NCBI GenBank assembly: GCA_030295235.1
Contig: AP026130.1
Location: forward strand, 1,364,001-1,428,000
Source: Fistulifera solaris
Lineage: Eukaryota
DNA length: 64,000 nt
Direction: 5' to 3'
Shown here: positions 10,617 through 24,460 of the stretch, piece by piece
Position numbering within the stretch: the stretch's first letter is position 1
Layout of the letters: every line of letters begins with the position of its first letter
The notes under the pieces: model-generated
What the model saw: the letters and a program-made list of their open reading frames with translations, nothing else
What the model was told of the DNA's origin: nothing
Database searches by the model: none
Translations under genes and position numbers: made by a program

Positions 10617-12162
10617 TTAGGATTGGTAGCGATCGGCACAATACTGTCGACAATACGACGGCAGCTTGCGACTCAGTGAGTTTTTATCTTCCAGCGAAAA
10701 CTGCCCTTCCGGCAACTGGATGATTTCCACTTCATTGTTGGGACATTCCAAACTAATTCGACTATAGAATTCGTCTTCTCGATACAAATCGGCCGTGACT
10801 CTGTCGCAGTCATCACAATACCACCACTTGTCTTCGCCGAAAGGAAAAGGGATGCAACTTATGTAGCGACATCCAGGACACGGCCCCGCTTGTTCCATGT
10901 CCATATTTGCCAATAATCCCGTCGTCACAATAATCATGACGAGCGACACAATTAATCCTAGAAAGCGAACAATCAGACGCTGTGTTTGTTTCATCTTGGA
11001 AGCGTCGACACCGAAGAAATTGACTTTGAGGGGTTCAATGATCGACCACCCACACGCCAAACCATATACCAAGCCACCCAGATGTGAAAAGTTATCCACA
11101 TAAGGCTGTATTGAGAGTATTAGCGTTGTGAGTTCAGCTTGTTTCGACAGCATCACAATTGTCGGGACGGCCCTGAATGACGTACCGTAAAGCCAATCAG
11201 TGCATTGACGACAATGTCCACCACCAACCAAATCAACGCCCGTACATGTTGCCGCTTCGAAATTTCATCATTCTGTTCCGTAGTTATGAATAGCAAAGGC
11301 CAGTTCATGGTTATATCGGCAACACACCCTCCGATTAAACCAAAGATCCCACCAGAAGCTCCGACACTGACATATTGCGGTAAGAAAATGGCACTCAATA
11401 TATTTCCACCCACACCCGGAATCAAGAAGAGTAAAACAGTATAAAGAGCACCGTGACTTTCTTCAAAGGCGCCCCCGATGAACCATAGCGCCGCCATATT
11501 GACGACATAATGTATCAAACCGGCATGCAGCACGAGAGGCGTAAAAGACGAAACCATTGCCCTTCTACCACAATTTTGGACGTTTCTCGTGCTCCCGCAC
11601 GAACGAGAGCTTCCGCCGAAGGCCCTATCAAAGGATTGACACTCAGCGGTTCTACGTTCCAGTCATTGAGTCCAAATTCGACGACCATCATAATTGCACA
11701 CACCGCAATCAAAGCCCACGTAAAGTACGGTCGTACCACTTGCGGACGCGCCTCGACGTAATCACTCCACGCCAAATAAGGCGCTTGATGTTGTCGTCGC
11801 CATGCGGCATCTTGCGCCCATTCTAAATCCATGCGGGTTTGTGCTAAATGATGATAGAGACCGAAAATCCCTCCCGTGACTTGAGAATCGCCGTATTTCT
11901 GACGACGCTTTTGTTGTGCTAAACGAAAATCGAGGACGCGGCGTTCTAATTCGGGATCGACAAAGTGAGCGGATGTCGTGCTTTCTTGTGATAAGACGTG
12001 AATGAGATCTTGTAGTGAATAGGTGCGAGGAGGTTCGGAAGAATCAGCACGACTTGACGCAGTTGTCATTCTTTTGGGTTCTCGTTTGATAGAATTGTTA
12101 TGCGTATTATAGTGTTCTTCTTGCCATTCATGTATGCTACGAGAATACGGATGACTCGGCAT
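10617..12162 (-). CDS. Rhomboid intramembrane serine protease
   Basis: NPLIGPS, GQWFR, LHAGLIH..VN, VGASGG (catalytic Ser), DNFSHLGG (catalytic His); intron 11106-11185 (GT..AG); frameshift near 11550. Confidence 0.9.
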
Positions 12163-12587
12163 GATTCTTTGAGTTTGAAACGGAGCAAAGGAAGAAGCGA
12201 CTTTCAAGTGATCATTCGCCGGCAAACCTTTTCTGTAAAAATGACACACATGTGTTTGGCAGCACCGCGCAAAACGCAACCGTTGGATCGAGATTTTGCT
12301 GCGAACGCTACGATTAACCCCTTTTAAGTACTAAACGTGTTCCATTACATTATGTCGTATAGTAAGTATTCGGGAAATTCCAAGGACTAAGGACGTATAC
12401 AATTACCAATTACAATAAACAAATCCCTAATAATCCTAAATATTTATTCCTAATTTTCCTGAAATGCGGATGCATTTTCGACATTTGACTGAATTTTCCA
12501 CTGGTTTTTCTCTTTTGTCACAAATATCGTTTTTTCTTTCTTTCAGAAACTCCGATTTCTGAATCACTGTAGACAGTTAGACAATTA

Positions 12588-12953
12588 ATTCATGCTCTCA
12601 CCTTGGAAAAATTACGCGCAATGGCGATAACCTTATTTCAGCCGGCAATGCTCTCGAATCCTGACATTCATGTTTTGACTATGATCCAAACAGTTGGTTC
12701 TACGAATCCACGACTGGATTTCAGTCATCAGACTGCATCGATCCTTTTGTATATGCAGCCTGCAGAGCCAATTGTTTGTCCTTTTCGCGTTTGATTATAG
12801 TCTCAATACAATAATAGATCTAAAGTTAATTATGCTCTCACCTTGGAAAAATTTCGCGCAATGGCGATTTCAGCCGGCAATGCTCTCGAATCATCCTGAC
12901 ATTCATGTTTTTACTATCATCCAAACAGTTGGTTCTACGAATCCACGACTGGA
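12588..12953 (+). repeat. ~1.5 tandem units of a 240-bp repeat
   Basis: atgctctcaccttggaaaaatt at ~12592 and ~12832; same family as 444-689. Confidence 0.85.
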
Positions 12954-13271
12954 TACAAAGTACCCCGCAACGATGACTTGAGCGGGAGCTTTGTCAGCAT
13001 TTGTAGTAAGGTTTAATTATTCGTGTATCTATCCATAGCAGTCTTCAAAGAAGACTAAAGCGGCGTACTAACAGAGATGCCACAAATAATAAAAAAGGTT
13101 AACTTGTGATAACATGTTGTAGTGAAGCATTATAGCGTTACCTTATAAAATTGTAAGCCTCTGAATAAAGTAGTTTGTTACCTTGATCATTGATTCGAAT
13201 TGCGTGAATGATGCCGTCCGTTCATGGAAAACGAAATGTGTGCCTTCTATGGTAGTATATCGACAACCTCT

Positions 13272-14839
13272 TTAGAGTTGCATGGGATCCAGTCTCGGTT
13301 CGGTCACAATGCCGATTCCACGAGCCCCATTCTTGCATTTATGAAGTGCTTCAGGATCACAATTCAGAGCGAGCCACGGGTGGGTCAGAGCTTGATCGGC
13401 TGTGTAACGGTACTCGATATTGTAAGAAAGCAAGGTTGAAACAAACGCCATGGCTTCATCCGACACGTCACGGAATAGTTCGTGGGGAAAGGTATATTCA
13501 CCCTGAACAATGGACGCTTTGATGGCTTCGTCGTTCTTTCCGTAGAATGGAGGAGCGCCACTCAGCAACATATAGACAATGACGCCCAGACTCCACAAAT
13601 CACACGCTTCGGTGTACGATTTCTTTAAGACTTCGGGTGCCACATAGTAAGAGGATCCTACCACTCGACTTAATCGTTGCCCGGCCGTAAAGTGCGTCGA
13701 CAAACCAAAGTCGATCAGCTTGAGTGGACTCCAAACGTCTTTTCCAGACTCCAGTACCCAATTCTCCAACTTCAAGTCACGATGACAAATGTTCCGTGAA
13801 TGGAGAAAGGCCACCGCGGAAAGCATCTCGCTGACGGTTTTGGCTGTAACAAACGAAAATCTAAGTGAGCAAAGAATCAAGAGAGAAAAGCCAAATGGTC
13901 CGTGTCAAGAGATTTCTTACCTGCATAGGACTCTGTAACACCGTGTTTGGGATGCGTTGTCAATAGATGAAACAAGTCACCTCCGCGACCCAACTCCGTG
14001 ATAATGAATAGCTCATTGTCTACGCAAAAGACGTCGTAAAGTCGAATCACATTGTCATGCCCTCGAAGTTCTCTTAGGACATTGACTTCTTCTTGTAGCT
14101 TGGCAATGTATTTGGGATCATTCCGCAGCATGACACATTTGCAGGCGAATTTCTTTCGTTTGCCCGATCTTCCGGAGCTGTGCCCTTCTGGTTCCCCTCT
14201 TGAAGCAATACATACTTGCCCATACGAGCCCTTTCCAATGACCAAATCGCGATGTAGTAAGTATGCCGGCCGACGTGGCACTACTTCGGAAGAAGGCTGG
14301 GGAGAATCCGCAGTTACTGCCGGAGGCGGCGATGAAGGCTGTATCGAGTCCGGCGGCGTCGATGATCCGAGCATCGGACCCTTGAAGGGCGACACACCAA
14401 ACGGATCGGGAGCATGCATTGCTCCGTGTCTTCCGTATTCCGTGTGTTGCTGTTGCGGACGAGAACGCCGATCTCGCGAAGATCCGGATAGACGGTTGCG
14501 GTTGTGGTGATCATCCATTACAACCCGCCCCATCGGATCGTAATGACTTTGCGGCCCCGACTGCTGTGAATGGTACGGCGAAGTCTGCCCATACTTGCTA
14601 GAACGTGGAGGTTGTCCGTCTACGTCCATAGGCATTGTAGAAGGTGGCGGAGCTCCGTATCCGCCGATAGGACTTTGTTGTGGTGGCGGCGGCTGATGAT
14701 GATAAACAGCGGAGGAAGCGCTAGGAGGCATTTCGTTGCGAGGAGGCTGCGGAAAATCGCTCGGATGCGACTGTTGGCCTGCAGAAGGAACAAAATTATT
14801 CGACGTCGATGCTTGCCCCCGTCTTAGCCACTTGCTCAT
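13272..14839 (-). CDS. CAMK/CDPK-like Ser/Thr protein kinase (no EF-hands seen)
   Basis: IGKGSYG, FACK, HRDLKLEN, DFG, YYVAPE, DLWSLG; intron 13844-13920 (gtaaga..acag) joins the two ORFs in frame. Confidence 0.92.
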
Positions 14840-16377
14840 GTCTGTTGAAGAGAACGTGGTGTTGCTTCGCGAAAGAAGGAGACTTTCGCGCGGATGATTA
14901 TGTCCTCAAAGTCGAAAAGAACTCGAGAACTGCCGAAACAGAAGAAGAATCCGAGGAATCGAGAAATATCAATACAGTTGACTGATCCAAATCGGTCGGT
15001 ATCGATCGCTTTTCTCCGTTTGGCTAACAAATTAACGTCTGCTCCGATTCGTAGATCTTAGAGGTGCAGAAACGTGTCAATTTCTCTCACAAACGGAAGC
15101 CGACGAGTAATCCAGAAACGCCGAAAGCACGCGTAGCGCCTGTGCAGCAATTTATATTGTTGTTATTCAAGAAATAACTCTGCTTTTTCGTCATTCACTT
15201 GCTCGTAAAAGTCTATCGGTGTAAACAGACTTCGAACAATGATGGACGGATGCGAGAGGAAGACCAAAGCTGTGTGTGCGGAGTGCGTGTAAAAGGGTGA
15301 GTGTTTCTGTTGGGCGAATAATAACTGTTGTTTCCTCGACTTTGCGACAAACTGTACAATTAGGGGACAAGATTGCGCAACAGGATCGCGGGTATCGCTG
15401 ATTGTCGCATGTGCGAGCCGTCATACTTGGGTATTTACGGAGTGGCGGACGATAATAATCGATGAGCGAGCGCAAATGACATTATACTATGCCAATTGTA
15501 GTAGTGTCGTCCGGATCGCTCGTAGGCGAGGCATCTGTCCGTTTTCGCACGCAACGGTACTCACAAATAGAAAATCAAAACCGGTTTGCGATGCAGTGGG
15601 AAAACGCGAATGAAATCGCCCTCAACAAGACTCGATTCTCGATTTTCGCCGACCATGGACGACCGGTGAACGGACGCCACAAGCAAACAATGTCAACACG
15701 ATGTTGTTTTTTTATGATAGAAACGAAACAAAAGTAAACGATGCACATTTTTGTTTCCAACGAGCAGGTGGAGACGTACCTCTTTGCTTGCAAGAAAAGA
15801 TCAAGAAAAATATTGTTGCTGTCGGTCCATGGTCGATGAACCCCCGGCCTTGAACAAGAGCTTGGAAGATGTTTCATCCGACGGTTAAAAGATCTTTAAG
15901 TAATCATACCTGATCTTGGTTTGATAGGTGAGAATCAGTCCCCGCGAACTTTCTTAAGAAATAAATAAGACAATGGCGAGCAAACTTGCCAGTTGGAACC
16001 TAAATACTCGTCCAATGACACTCTAACCGAAAGAGACCACGTTTAACAATTATGTCCAACGCAGACTAGTCTATAGAGTACTTTACAAAAATACCGGTGT
16101 TCGACTCCGACCACCGACGTGGTTTGCAGCCTGAACAATGGCAGACGTCACTTTTACCCGTAACCCTGACGTAAAAGATTCAGTGATCAAAACTATGGCT
16201 TGCATTGGGGAAAAAACAACGGTAGGTTACAGTTTACAACTCCTTCGAATCATTATACATGCAATTCCTTCAAGCTCTATTTTCAGCACAAAAGAAAAGT
16301 CAGTTTATTCATTGTAACCGTTAAACTACGCAGTTTTCTCGAATCTGTAATGGTGTCGTGCTTAGTTGACTTAACAC

Positions 16378-18383
16378 TCATGCCGAATCCATTAGATAAT
16401 GAAGCTGTTCCAGGAAACGCTGCACATCATCGGATCCAACTCGAATCACGTGACTGTCATGCCCAAAGGAAAAGGTTCCTGTCATAGATTGTGCGGCAAG
16501 CGCAAAATGCTGTCCCCATCTATTTCGTACCCAATCACCTGCTTTTTCCGTGTACTCGTACCCTGCCACAGTGTAGAAATCATCGTCTTTCGCCAGCAAG
16601 ATCAAAGGACGACCGACCCATTTGCCGTTAACACGATGCAGTTGGAAAAGATACTGGGCCAAGCGCGTCAAGACCGCCGGTTTGGCCAAGACAGGTTCGT
16701 CACCGACGTAGGCGTACCGGAAGTGAGCCAGAGACGTGATCGCATTCCGTTCCATCAAGCTAGCCGCAGCAGCAAAAATCTTTTTCTGTAGTTTCATTGC
16801 TAAATGTAATCCATACCCTAATGGATTCCCTGTCAGGCTTCCACCGTTCACTAGATTGTCTTCGTTTTGTAGATCCATCACACGAGGGCGGTGCATTGGA
16901 TTGCAAGGCATCGAGTGCGCGATTGAACATGTCGTCCTTGTCACTTCCGAAATCGAGTAAGGCAGCTGCCGCATGAGCGGCATCGGCCGCCGAAAGCACC
17001 GACTGATACCCCGTGATACGAAGAAAGCTGGTGTATTCCAAGTTCTCCAATCCATATTCCTCGGCATACTCTTGAAGTTTGGACGCTAACATGCGCCGCA
17101 ATGCCGGCTTCATAAAGGCGTACGGTTGCTGGCATTCCGTCAAGGGGAATCCCATCTTGGCGAGTAACTCCTTGAGTTTGTTCATGCCCGCCGGTCGATA
17201 CAATTGAAGTTGTGTACTGACCGTGTCGGAATACATCATGGCATCCAACAACGATGAGAATCGCAGCAAGAAGAATTTATAGTCCGGCTGAGAAAAGACG
17301 CGTCCGGTTCCCCGCAAAGATAGTTTCGTTCGCTCACCGGTGGCTCCGCTGGAAGAAAGTTGCTCGGCATAGACAGTGTTTCGAGCCCGCATCGCGATAT
17401 CATCACTGTCATCCGCATCGAGTTTTTGACAGGCTTGTCGCAACTGTAACGCCAATGTCGAATATCCCGTCAAATCCAATCGTCCGTGCCAGTAAGCATC
17501 CGTGACTCCGACACAAGCCAACCAAAGCAGCGTCGTGTGGTCTCCAAACCGCAATTGCGTGGCCAACTGGTACGCCACAAAGGCCGCCGGCGCCCCGTAA
17601 TAACTTCCGGCCGAATAATATCGTTCGATGCGCTGTCGACGGTCTTGTTGCCACTGTCGCGGTGTCAAGAGCGACGATGTTGACTCGGCCGTCGGTTCGG
17701 TCGTTGGCTCCGTTTCTTCCATTGTGTCGGTGTCGCGTTCTTGTTCGTGCGATTCTTCCTCGTCTTCCCTGCGAGGCTTTTTTCGTTCGAGCCACCGACG
17801 AATCGTCGTCGTCGTCACTGTCGTCTTGATTCTCTTCTCGGTGTTGCTGTGGATCTCCGGCGTTTTCATCATTTTCATCTTGATATTCGAATTCTCCTTC
17901 ATCGTGATCGGACGATGCCACGGATGGTTCATCTTCCTCCGATGATTCATCATCATCTTCCGACTCGGACGATTCATTTCCACTGAGATTTTCTCCATCA
18001 CTGGGTATTTCCGTTTCATCAATATCCCAAAAGACGACAATATCCCGATTGGCGTGAATATTGGCCAAATGCACGGGCCGTGCCGGATCCAGTACATAAA
18101 TTTGTCGTCCTTGATACCATTTGGTTAAATTCTGCGGCGCACCCATATGCAACAACACCACACACGTCGCGACGGCCGAAGCTTGTTTCAAATCTTCTTC
18201 TAAATTGGTACAACACTGCAAATGATGCGCGACATGATCGGCGCGCAACAAGAACGACAGAATGCGGGCCGCACACAAGGCATCGACCGTCGGACGACAC
18301 AGAATCCAAACGGAACCGTCTTGTCCGCAATCTCGCAAGATTTGTTGATAGCCGCGGTGCCAGTATTCTATTTCTAATTTCAT
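16378..18383 (-). CDS. CDC45: Cell division control protein 45
   Basis: VDALCAARIL, RPVHLAN, acidic insert, YYSAGSYYG, LLWLACVGVTD, SLLDAMMYS, LLAKMGFPL, SAADAAHA, KPAVLTRLA; frameshifts near 17780 and 16870. Confidence 0.92.
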
Positions 18384-18833
18384 TCTTGTTTGATATTGTG
18401 TTGTGAGTTGTGATGACAATGCGATCGATTGATGCACTCTCTTTTCGTGCTGTGCGCCGAAAGGACGAGAAAAAAATGAGCGCGAAGATCGTCATTTTGA
18501 AAAAAATAACTCGTTGTGGCGCGCCGTCGGGGAAGCAACTGACATGTAACAATAACTCGTGATCGGCGTCTTTCCACCACTGGAACGTTCGGGAAAAAGT
18601 GTACACTCACGTAGCCCCCGTAGAAAACGTACAAAGCCGAGGTGCGTTCCCGGGTCTCCTTATTATTTTTTGACACCACCCAAGTTCTTTTGAATGCGAA
18701 GAATGTATTTTGTGCAATTTTGTGTTGTTCTGTTTTTCGCACGAGTCAGTCGTCAAGTTTTTTGAAGTTGCTCATCAGTTGCTCATTTTTTCAACTCTGT
18801 CTTCGTCTTCACTCCAGTCATAAGGCCCACGCA

Positions 18834-20943
18834 ATGGACCGAGTCCCCGTTCGGACAACGTCTCACCCCCTGGAACAAAGATCATCTATTTCCGTGGAAG
18901 AAACACTAGCTGATTTGATTGGCAAAACATATGAATTAAATCACGAGGATTTCCTTCTCATTGGGGACGGATTTCGTGGTAATATTCATAGGGAAGATAT
19001 CTGCACTCGAGAGCCGCTCGCGTTTGCGATTCTTTACTTAGGCTTCCTTATTGCTCTACCTGTCGGAATAGCCGTGATCTTGTTCAATACTATTGACAAG
19101 TCGATGGATGAAGATACCGAAGGACCGTCCGCCAGCTACATATTTCTATTCATCGCCCGCCAATTTGTCGGGCTAGCGGTAGCCATCATCTTACAAAGTC
19201 TGACAAAAATTGCAGTGCGTGGAATTGATACATGGCTTTCCAAACGCAAATTCTCATCTTTTGACTTGTTGCCATCGCTCCTTCCTGTTGTGGGCTCAAC
19301 ACTGAGTCTCTTCATTACTCAAGCTTTCGGGCGACCTCTCATCCTATTCTTTTGGAGCCTTTTTAGCAAACGATGGGTAAGCGGACCACAGCCCTCGGCG
19401 CATCACTGGCTTCATGGGCAGGACCGCCTGGAGATATTCAACGCTTCTAATCCCTCCGGTAACCTCGTGGAGAATGAGTTGTATTTGAACATACTGAACG
19501 TCGCCCTGTTCCTGAGCATACTGATATTTGTCAAGCGATCGGTAGTGCGAGTGTACCTTTACAGACAAGCATTCCTGTCTTATGGACTCAAGCTCATACA
19601 AGTCATGAAGAAAACAATTATGGTCAGAGACCTATTAAAGCTCAGCGATTTCTACAATAAATCCAGGCGCAACCATTGGTATATCCAAACCATGCCTACC
19701 AGGCACCTTAAGGGTGAACAAATCATCAATGTTCCTTATCGGATACCAGTAACCCCTGAAGGTATCAAACAAGCAATTCAATTTGTTTACAAAGATTTCA
19801 CTGTTACCGACCAGCGGCATGAGGACAGTTCAATGTGCACACTGTGGCTATTTCGGAGGGCCATGGAACTTATGAAGGTAGCCCCCTGGCTGGAACCTGC
19901 CGAAGAAGTTTACAGTGATGCACATGGGATGCAGCGAGAACCGGGAGGAAAAGACTTTGTCAACTTTTTTGAGACTGTTGCGTACCTCGCCGTTGATCAT
20001 GAAGGTTACCTTGTTGAATCGCAAGTCAGAGAACTAGTATCTGTGTTTCAACCCGATCGTAATGGATGCATTCCCGAACGTGATTTCGTCCGCATAATCC
20101 GCGTTATCTACCGAGAGCGCCAATCGCTAAGAGAAATGATTCATTGGATTGCGCACACTCATAGGCAGTTTGAACAATTGATCAACGTTGTATTCTACGT
20201 TGCGGTAGTCATCACAATCCCCTTTTTCTAAAATTTGACCACAAGGATCTCCTCTTACCAATGGGGGCTATCATTGCTACTTGTACTTTTGTGATTGGAA
20301 GTGCCTGTTCGGACTATACCAAAGGTTGTTTGTTTATTCTGATGCGACTGCCTTACAGCATCGGCGATTTTATACAAATCAATCCATCTGAGAACGTACC
20401 CTTTTCAAAAGAAAACATCTGTCGCGTGACAGAAATCACTTTGTTCAATACAAAGGCAGTCGGACTTTCAGACAACGTGGAGAAAAGTTTGTCAAACGGA
20501 AGTCACTACGGGGATCAGATACTAAACTGGAGTCAGCATCCACCAAAATTTCAAATCGTGCTTGAATTTCCGGGGAATACAAAGGACGCCTTGTTGATAT
20601 GTAAAAACTTTCAGATGAAGGTACAGGAATACATCGAGGCACACCCTCGAGCATGGCACCCGAAGAACGTTACTTCTCTTTATTCAAGACGTGTGGAAGA
20701 TAAAGACGAGTATCGATTTGAGATCGAGTGAGTGGAAACGCGTTGGCATTGTGATGGATTGCGCCGATTTCTCTGACGTTTTCTCCTTGTTGCTGTTGCT
20801 ATCACAGACACCGCTGCTTGTGGCTGGAGCTGGACCACATTTTGGAATGCAAAGAACAGCTTTTCAATTACTGCCAAAATGTCGATGTCGCTGACGTTCG
20901 AGCGCCGGACTCTAGCAGTACGTTCCAAATTTATGTACGATAA
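18834..20943 (+). CDS. MscS-like mechanosensitive ion channel
   Basis: Multiple TM segments, EF-hand-like PDRNGCI, FVIGSACS..TKGCLFIL.R.PYSIGD; frameshift at T run ~20224; intron 20728-20807 gives FEIEHRCLW...YVR stop. Confidence 0.82.
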
Positions 20944-21539
20944 CCCAGAGGAAAACTGAGGTGCGATTGACAATGGCGGTTTGACAAGAAATTGCGTGGC
21001 TGCATACGTGTCCCGTGACACGAGACTCATGATGTAGAGTCAAGTAAGATGCGCGATAACCCACCCATTCTCTTCGGAGAGCCCTTTTGAATGATGCTCA
21101 TAGTATGCCTCTTGATTTAAAGTTCCCTATTCGGCGCCTTGAAGGGGAAAACGGTTCCAAAAAGTCTCTTTCCTCGATAATAAGAATATGCGATGGTTTG
21201 CTGGACTTCATCGTAGTGATCCTTCATTCATTCTCATTGCATTTAAATGAAGTCTGCGTCATGTTGCTCGTGGCGGTGAAAACTAATAGTTGATTACAAG
21301 TAGATCATTGATTGGATGGCAACGAGCCTCAAATCATTGGAAATCAACGAAACCATGATGCGCGTGACCTCAGTAAGAACGTTTGCGTGTAATTCATTCG
21401 ATTATTGCTTTGAAGAAGAATACAGAATTGAAGTAGCCGCCATGACGTGTAGCCCGTTCTATCTTTCCACTGTTTCATGTTTACTGTTCTAAAGAATGTC
21501 GATGATTGTTTCATGGCCCGCATAAACGATGTTGGGCGA

Positions 21540-21785
21540 AGTTATGATGTTGACAAGGGCGTCCAAAAACACGCGGAAAATGGTGTCATCAAAATTACAC
21601 AATATCCGGGTTGCCCTCTGTCGATAAATTTCCTTACGAGAGCTACGTGAAAATACGTAGAAATTCGAAGCGATGCAGCATTCGTTCCATCGACGTTTTG
21701 TTTTCAAATCGAAAGCGTTCATTGTTTCCTGATACAAATATGATCAGGTGGACAAGGAACCAATGACACCTGGGCACTGTAAATG
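21540..21785 (-). repeat. Diverged dispersed copy of the 425-bp satellite unit
   Basis: atatccgggttgccctctgtcgataaatttcc, ttttgttttcaaatcgaaagcg and ggacaaggaa match the reverse complement of satellite sequence at 47.8-52.5 kb. Confidence 0.85.
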
Positions 21786-21899
21786 CGACAATTGGACGAT
21801 GGTGAAACACATCGTCAATACCTAGTACAAGTAACCTTACAGAGCACATCATTGCTATTTTGTTTCTATTCCCTTCTTAGACTACGGCAAATTACAATG

Positions 21900-23819
21900 T
21901 TACATTCCATTCACAATGGCATTTTGAATATCTTCAAACGTGACAAGGACTTCCATAGGTGCCAAAACAGGCATACGCGTCGATCCGGGGCCACCACCAT
22001 TGGGACTCATCAGTTTGAAAGGACTGAGACTGCCCTTAGAAGCAGCATCGTCCCAAGTCACCCGTTTGCGCAGTTCTGATTGCACGCCCGTCAAGAGCAA
22101 GTTCGCGATGCGTCCATTGCGTTCCGTCATCCAATCCGGATCCAAATTCTTGCGCAACAATTCGGCAATAGCTTCGACGCGGACACCTTCCGCGGGGACC
22201 AAACCCTTCTCTTGCAACATGGCCAAGAACATAAAGGCAATGTCTTCGGCGGTGGGTTCGAAGAATTCAAGTCGCGTCAAGAAACGGCCTTTGAAACCAA
22301 TATCCGATACGAGGATACGCTGCAAGTCGACAGGAGCCCCGATCAATATAACCACCGGTGCATTGTCTTGTGCCAGTGCCTTGGCCATTTCACGGAGAGC
22401 TGCCGCACCATGATCACGCCCCCGCGGTCGAGCCGTCGATGGCAACAGCGTGTAGGGTTCATTCCACACCAAGACACCTCCCGCCGCGCGCTCCAGCAAA
22501 CGACGGACACAAAAGACAGTTTTGGCTTCACTACGAGGATCCACGAGATCCGCTCGACTGCATTCTACAACGTTGCGCGTTTGCACGGCTCCCATGTCGT
22601 ACAGGAGCGAGGCGGCGAGTTTCGCGGCCGTGCTACGACCTGTTCCTGGACTTCCCGTCAAACAGAAATGACGCGGAATGTGACGCGGCTGCAATTCCAG
22701 AGTCCGACGGTAACCGCGCATTTGGTTCTTGAAGGTTTCGAGTCCGACGATTTGTGCGAGGGCCTTTTCGAGAGGATCATCGGCAGGACATAGCGCATCT
22801 TGAACCATTTGTGCTTCAATTTCTTCTTCACTGAGAGAAGCTTGCGGTGCGGATTCTTCTTGATGCGCCTTGCGGACTTGTTCAAGTAGTGTATCCAAGT
22901 CATGCACTTGCTGAGGATTGATACCAGCACTGTACAAGGCATGCGGTTGTCGTTCGGCAATGTCCAAAAGTAGTCCTAGCACAATATCTCTATCTTCATG
23001 CATACCGTCATGTTGCTCCATACTCCTTTGCAGTTCCTTTTCCAATCGTTCACACGCGGCTTGTGCACTCGCCAGAACTTCATCATCGGTCGGTGGAAGT
23101 TTCTGTCCTTGTAGCAAAGCAATCACATTGGGACTGGCTCCATCGGCAATCGCGAGATCCAACGGCGTGTTATTGTCATTGTTCTTTTGCAAAGCACCTT
23201 CCGGATAAGCATTGTACAAGGCTTCGACGACCTCGAGCGGTGCATTGTAGTGCGCCGCATAATGCAAGGGCAAATTTCCGTGATTGTTCTTTTGGCAGCT
23301 CCTTCCGGATATACTTTCAACAACAATTTCTCTACATCGAGCGGTCCTTTCTTCCATGCCGTAAAGTGCAATGCCAGGTTTCCGTAGTTATTCGTCATAC
23401 TGGCTGCTTCAGGATACGCTTCGAGAAGTGCTTCGGTAACTTCGAGAGGAGCCCGAAAGGAAGCCGCCGAATGAAGAGGCAAGTTGCCGCGATCATTTTT
23501 GATTTGTGCTTCGTGTCTGTAATAGTGAGATAAACAAGATGTGTGTGAGATTAAAGTATTTGTTGTATCGAAGAATTGCAAAGGTTAAAGTGTTCTCTTG
23601 ACGACGAATGCTAACAATGAATAGCAATCGAGGGTAATCTCTCGCTCAAATTAAGCGCAATCCTCCTCAAGCAAGGGTGAATACAGACACGAATATCGGA
23701 AAGGCAACGCACCTTGTAGCTGGATCTTTCGCTCTCGCAATCGCCGCTTTCCATCCTTTTGCTAGATCATGCAAATCAACATATTCGCCGCCACTTCCTG
23801 CGACAGCTCGACTGGTCAT
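21900..23819 (-). CDS. Ankyrin-repeat + CbbX/SpoVK-like AAA+ protein, paralog A (degenerate Walker A/B)
   Basis: Exon 1 MTSRAVAG..LHDLAKGWK, intron 23517-23712, GNLPLH/TPLDLA ankyrin repeats, IVGLETFK, GSPGTGRS, GGVLVWNEPY, GFKGRF, ERNGR; frameshift near 23295. Confidence 0.85.
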
Positions 23820-24460
23820 GTTGTTGTGATGATTTGTGTGTTGTTGCTTTTATCAGAAGATTTTCAAGAAGGTCAGTTGTATTGAATAAATAGCACACAA
23901 GTCTTGCTACTGCTGCGTTGAGGTTCTGTTACAACAACAATAAAAACGCACTTGCTGTAGGGTCGTTGCTGATTGTTATTGTTGTTATTATTGCTGTTGT
24001 TGTTGAAAGAGGCGTGATGCCGCGCTTTTTCTCTCGACACGCAAGAGACGCGCGATCGAGGAAGATTTCCCTCCCTAAATTTTTCAGTCTCAACGGATCC
24101 ATTTTCTCGTCCATAGGCCGTTGAGTACCGTTTCAGTCACATGATTAGAAATTTCGTCTACTACAAAAATGAGAGTCGTGTAAACACAAAGAGAGGGTTC
24201 AACGGGCGCGCTTGTGCGGCGCGGTCCTCTCTTTTGCGGCAAATGCGGGTCGGCGGATTTCGCAACAACAACAATACCAAGAGCAACAAACTACAACAGT
24301 CTTTCTCTTGCTGCGCTGCTGCTCGTATCGATATCGTCCTTCTCTTGAGTTTTGTCACTAGAAAAGGCTGCATCTTATCTGTTTCGAAAGGCATCAAGTC
24401 GAAGCGCGCTCCAAGTTTAGTTTCAATTAGATTCATTCATTTTGAATTCAAATTGAAAAT

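Noticed and set aside
16093..16116. tRNA-like GTTCGACTCC
   Set aside because: No T-stem pairing or cloverleaf could be built.
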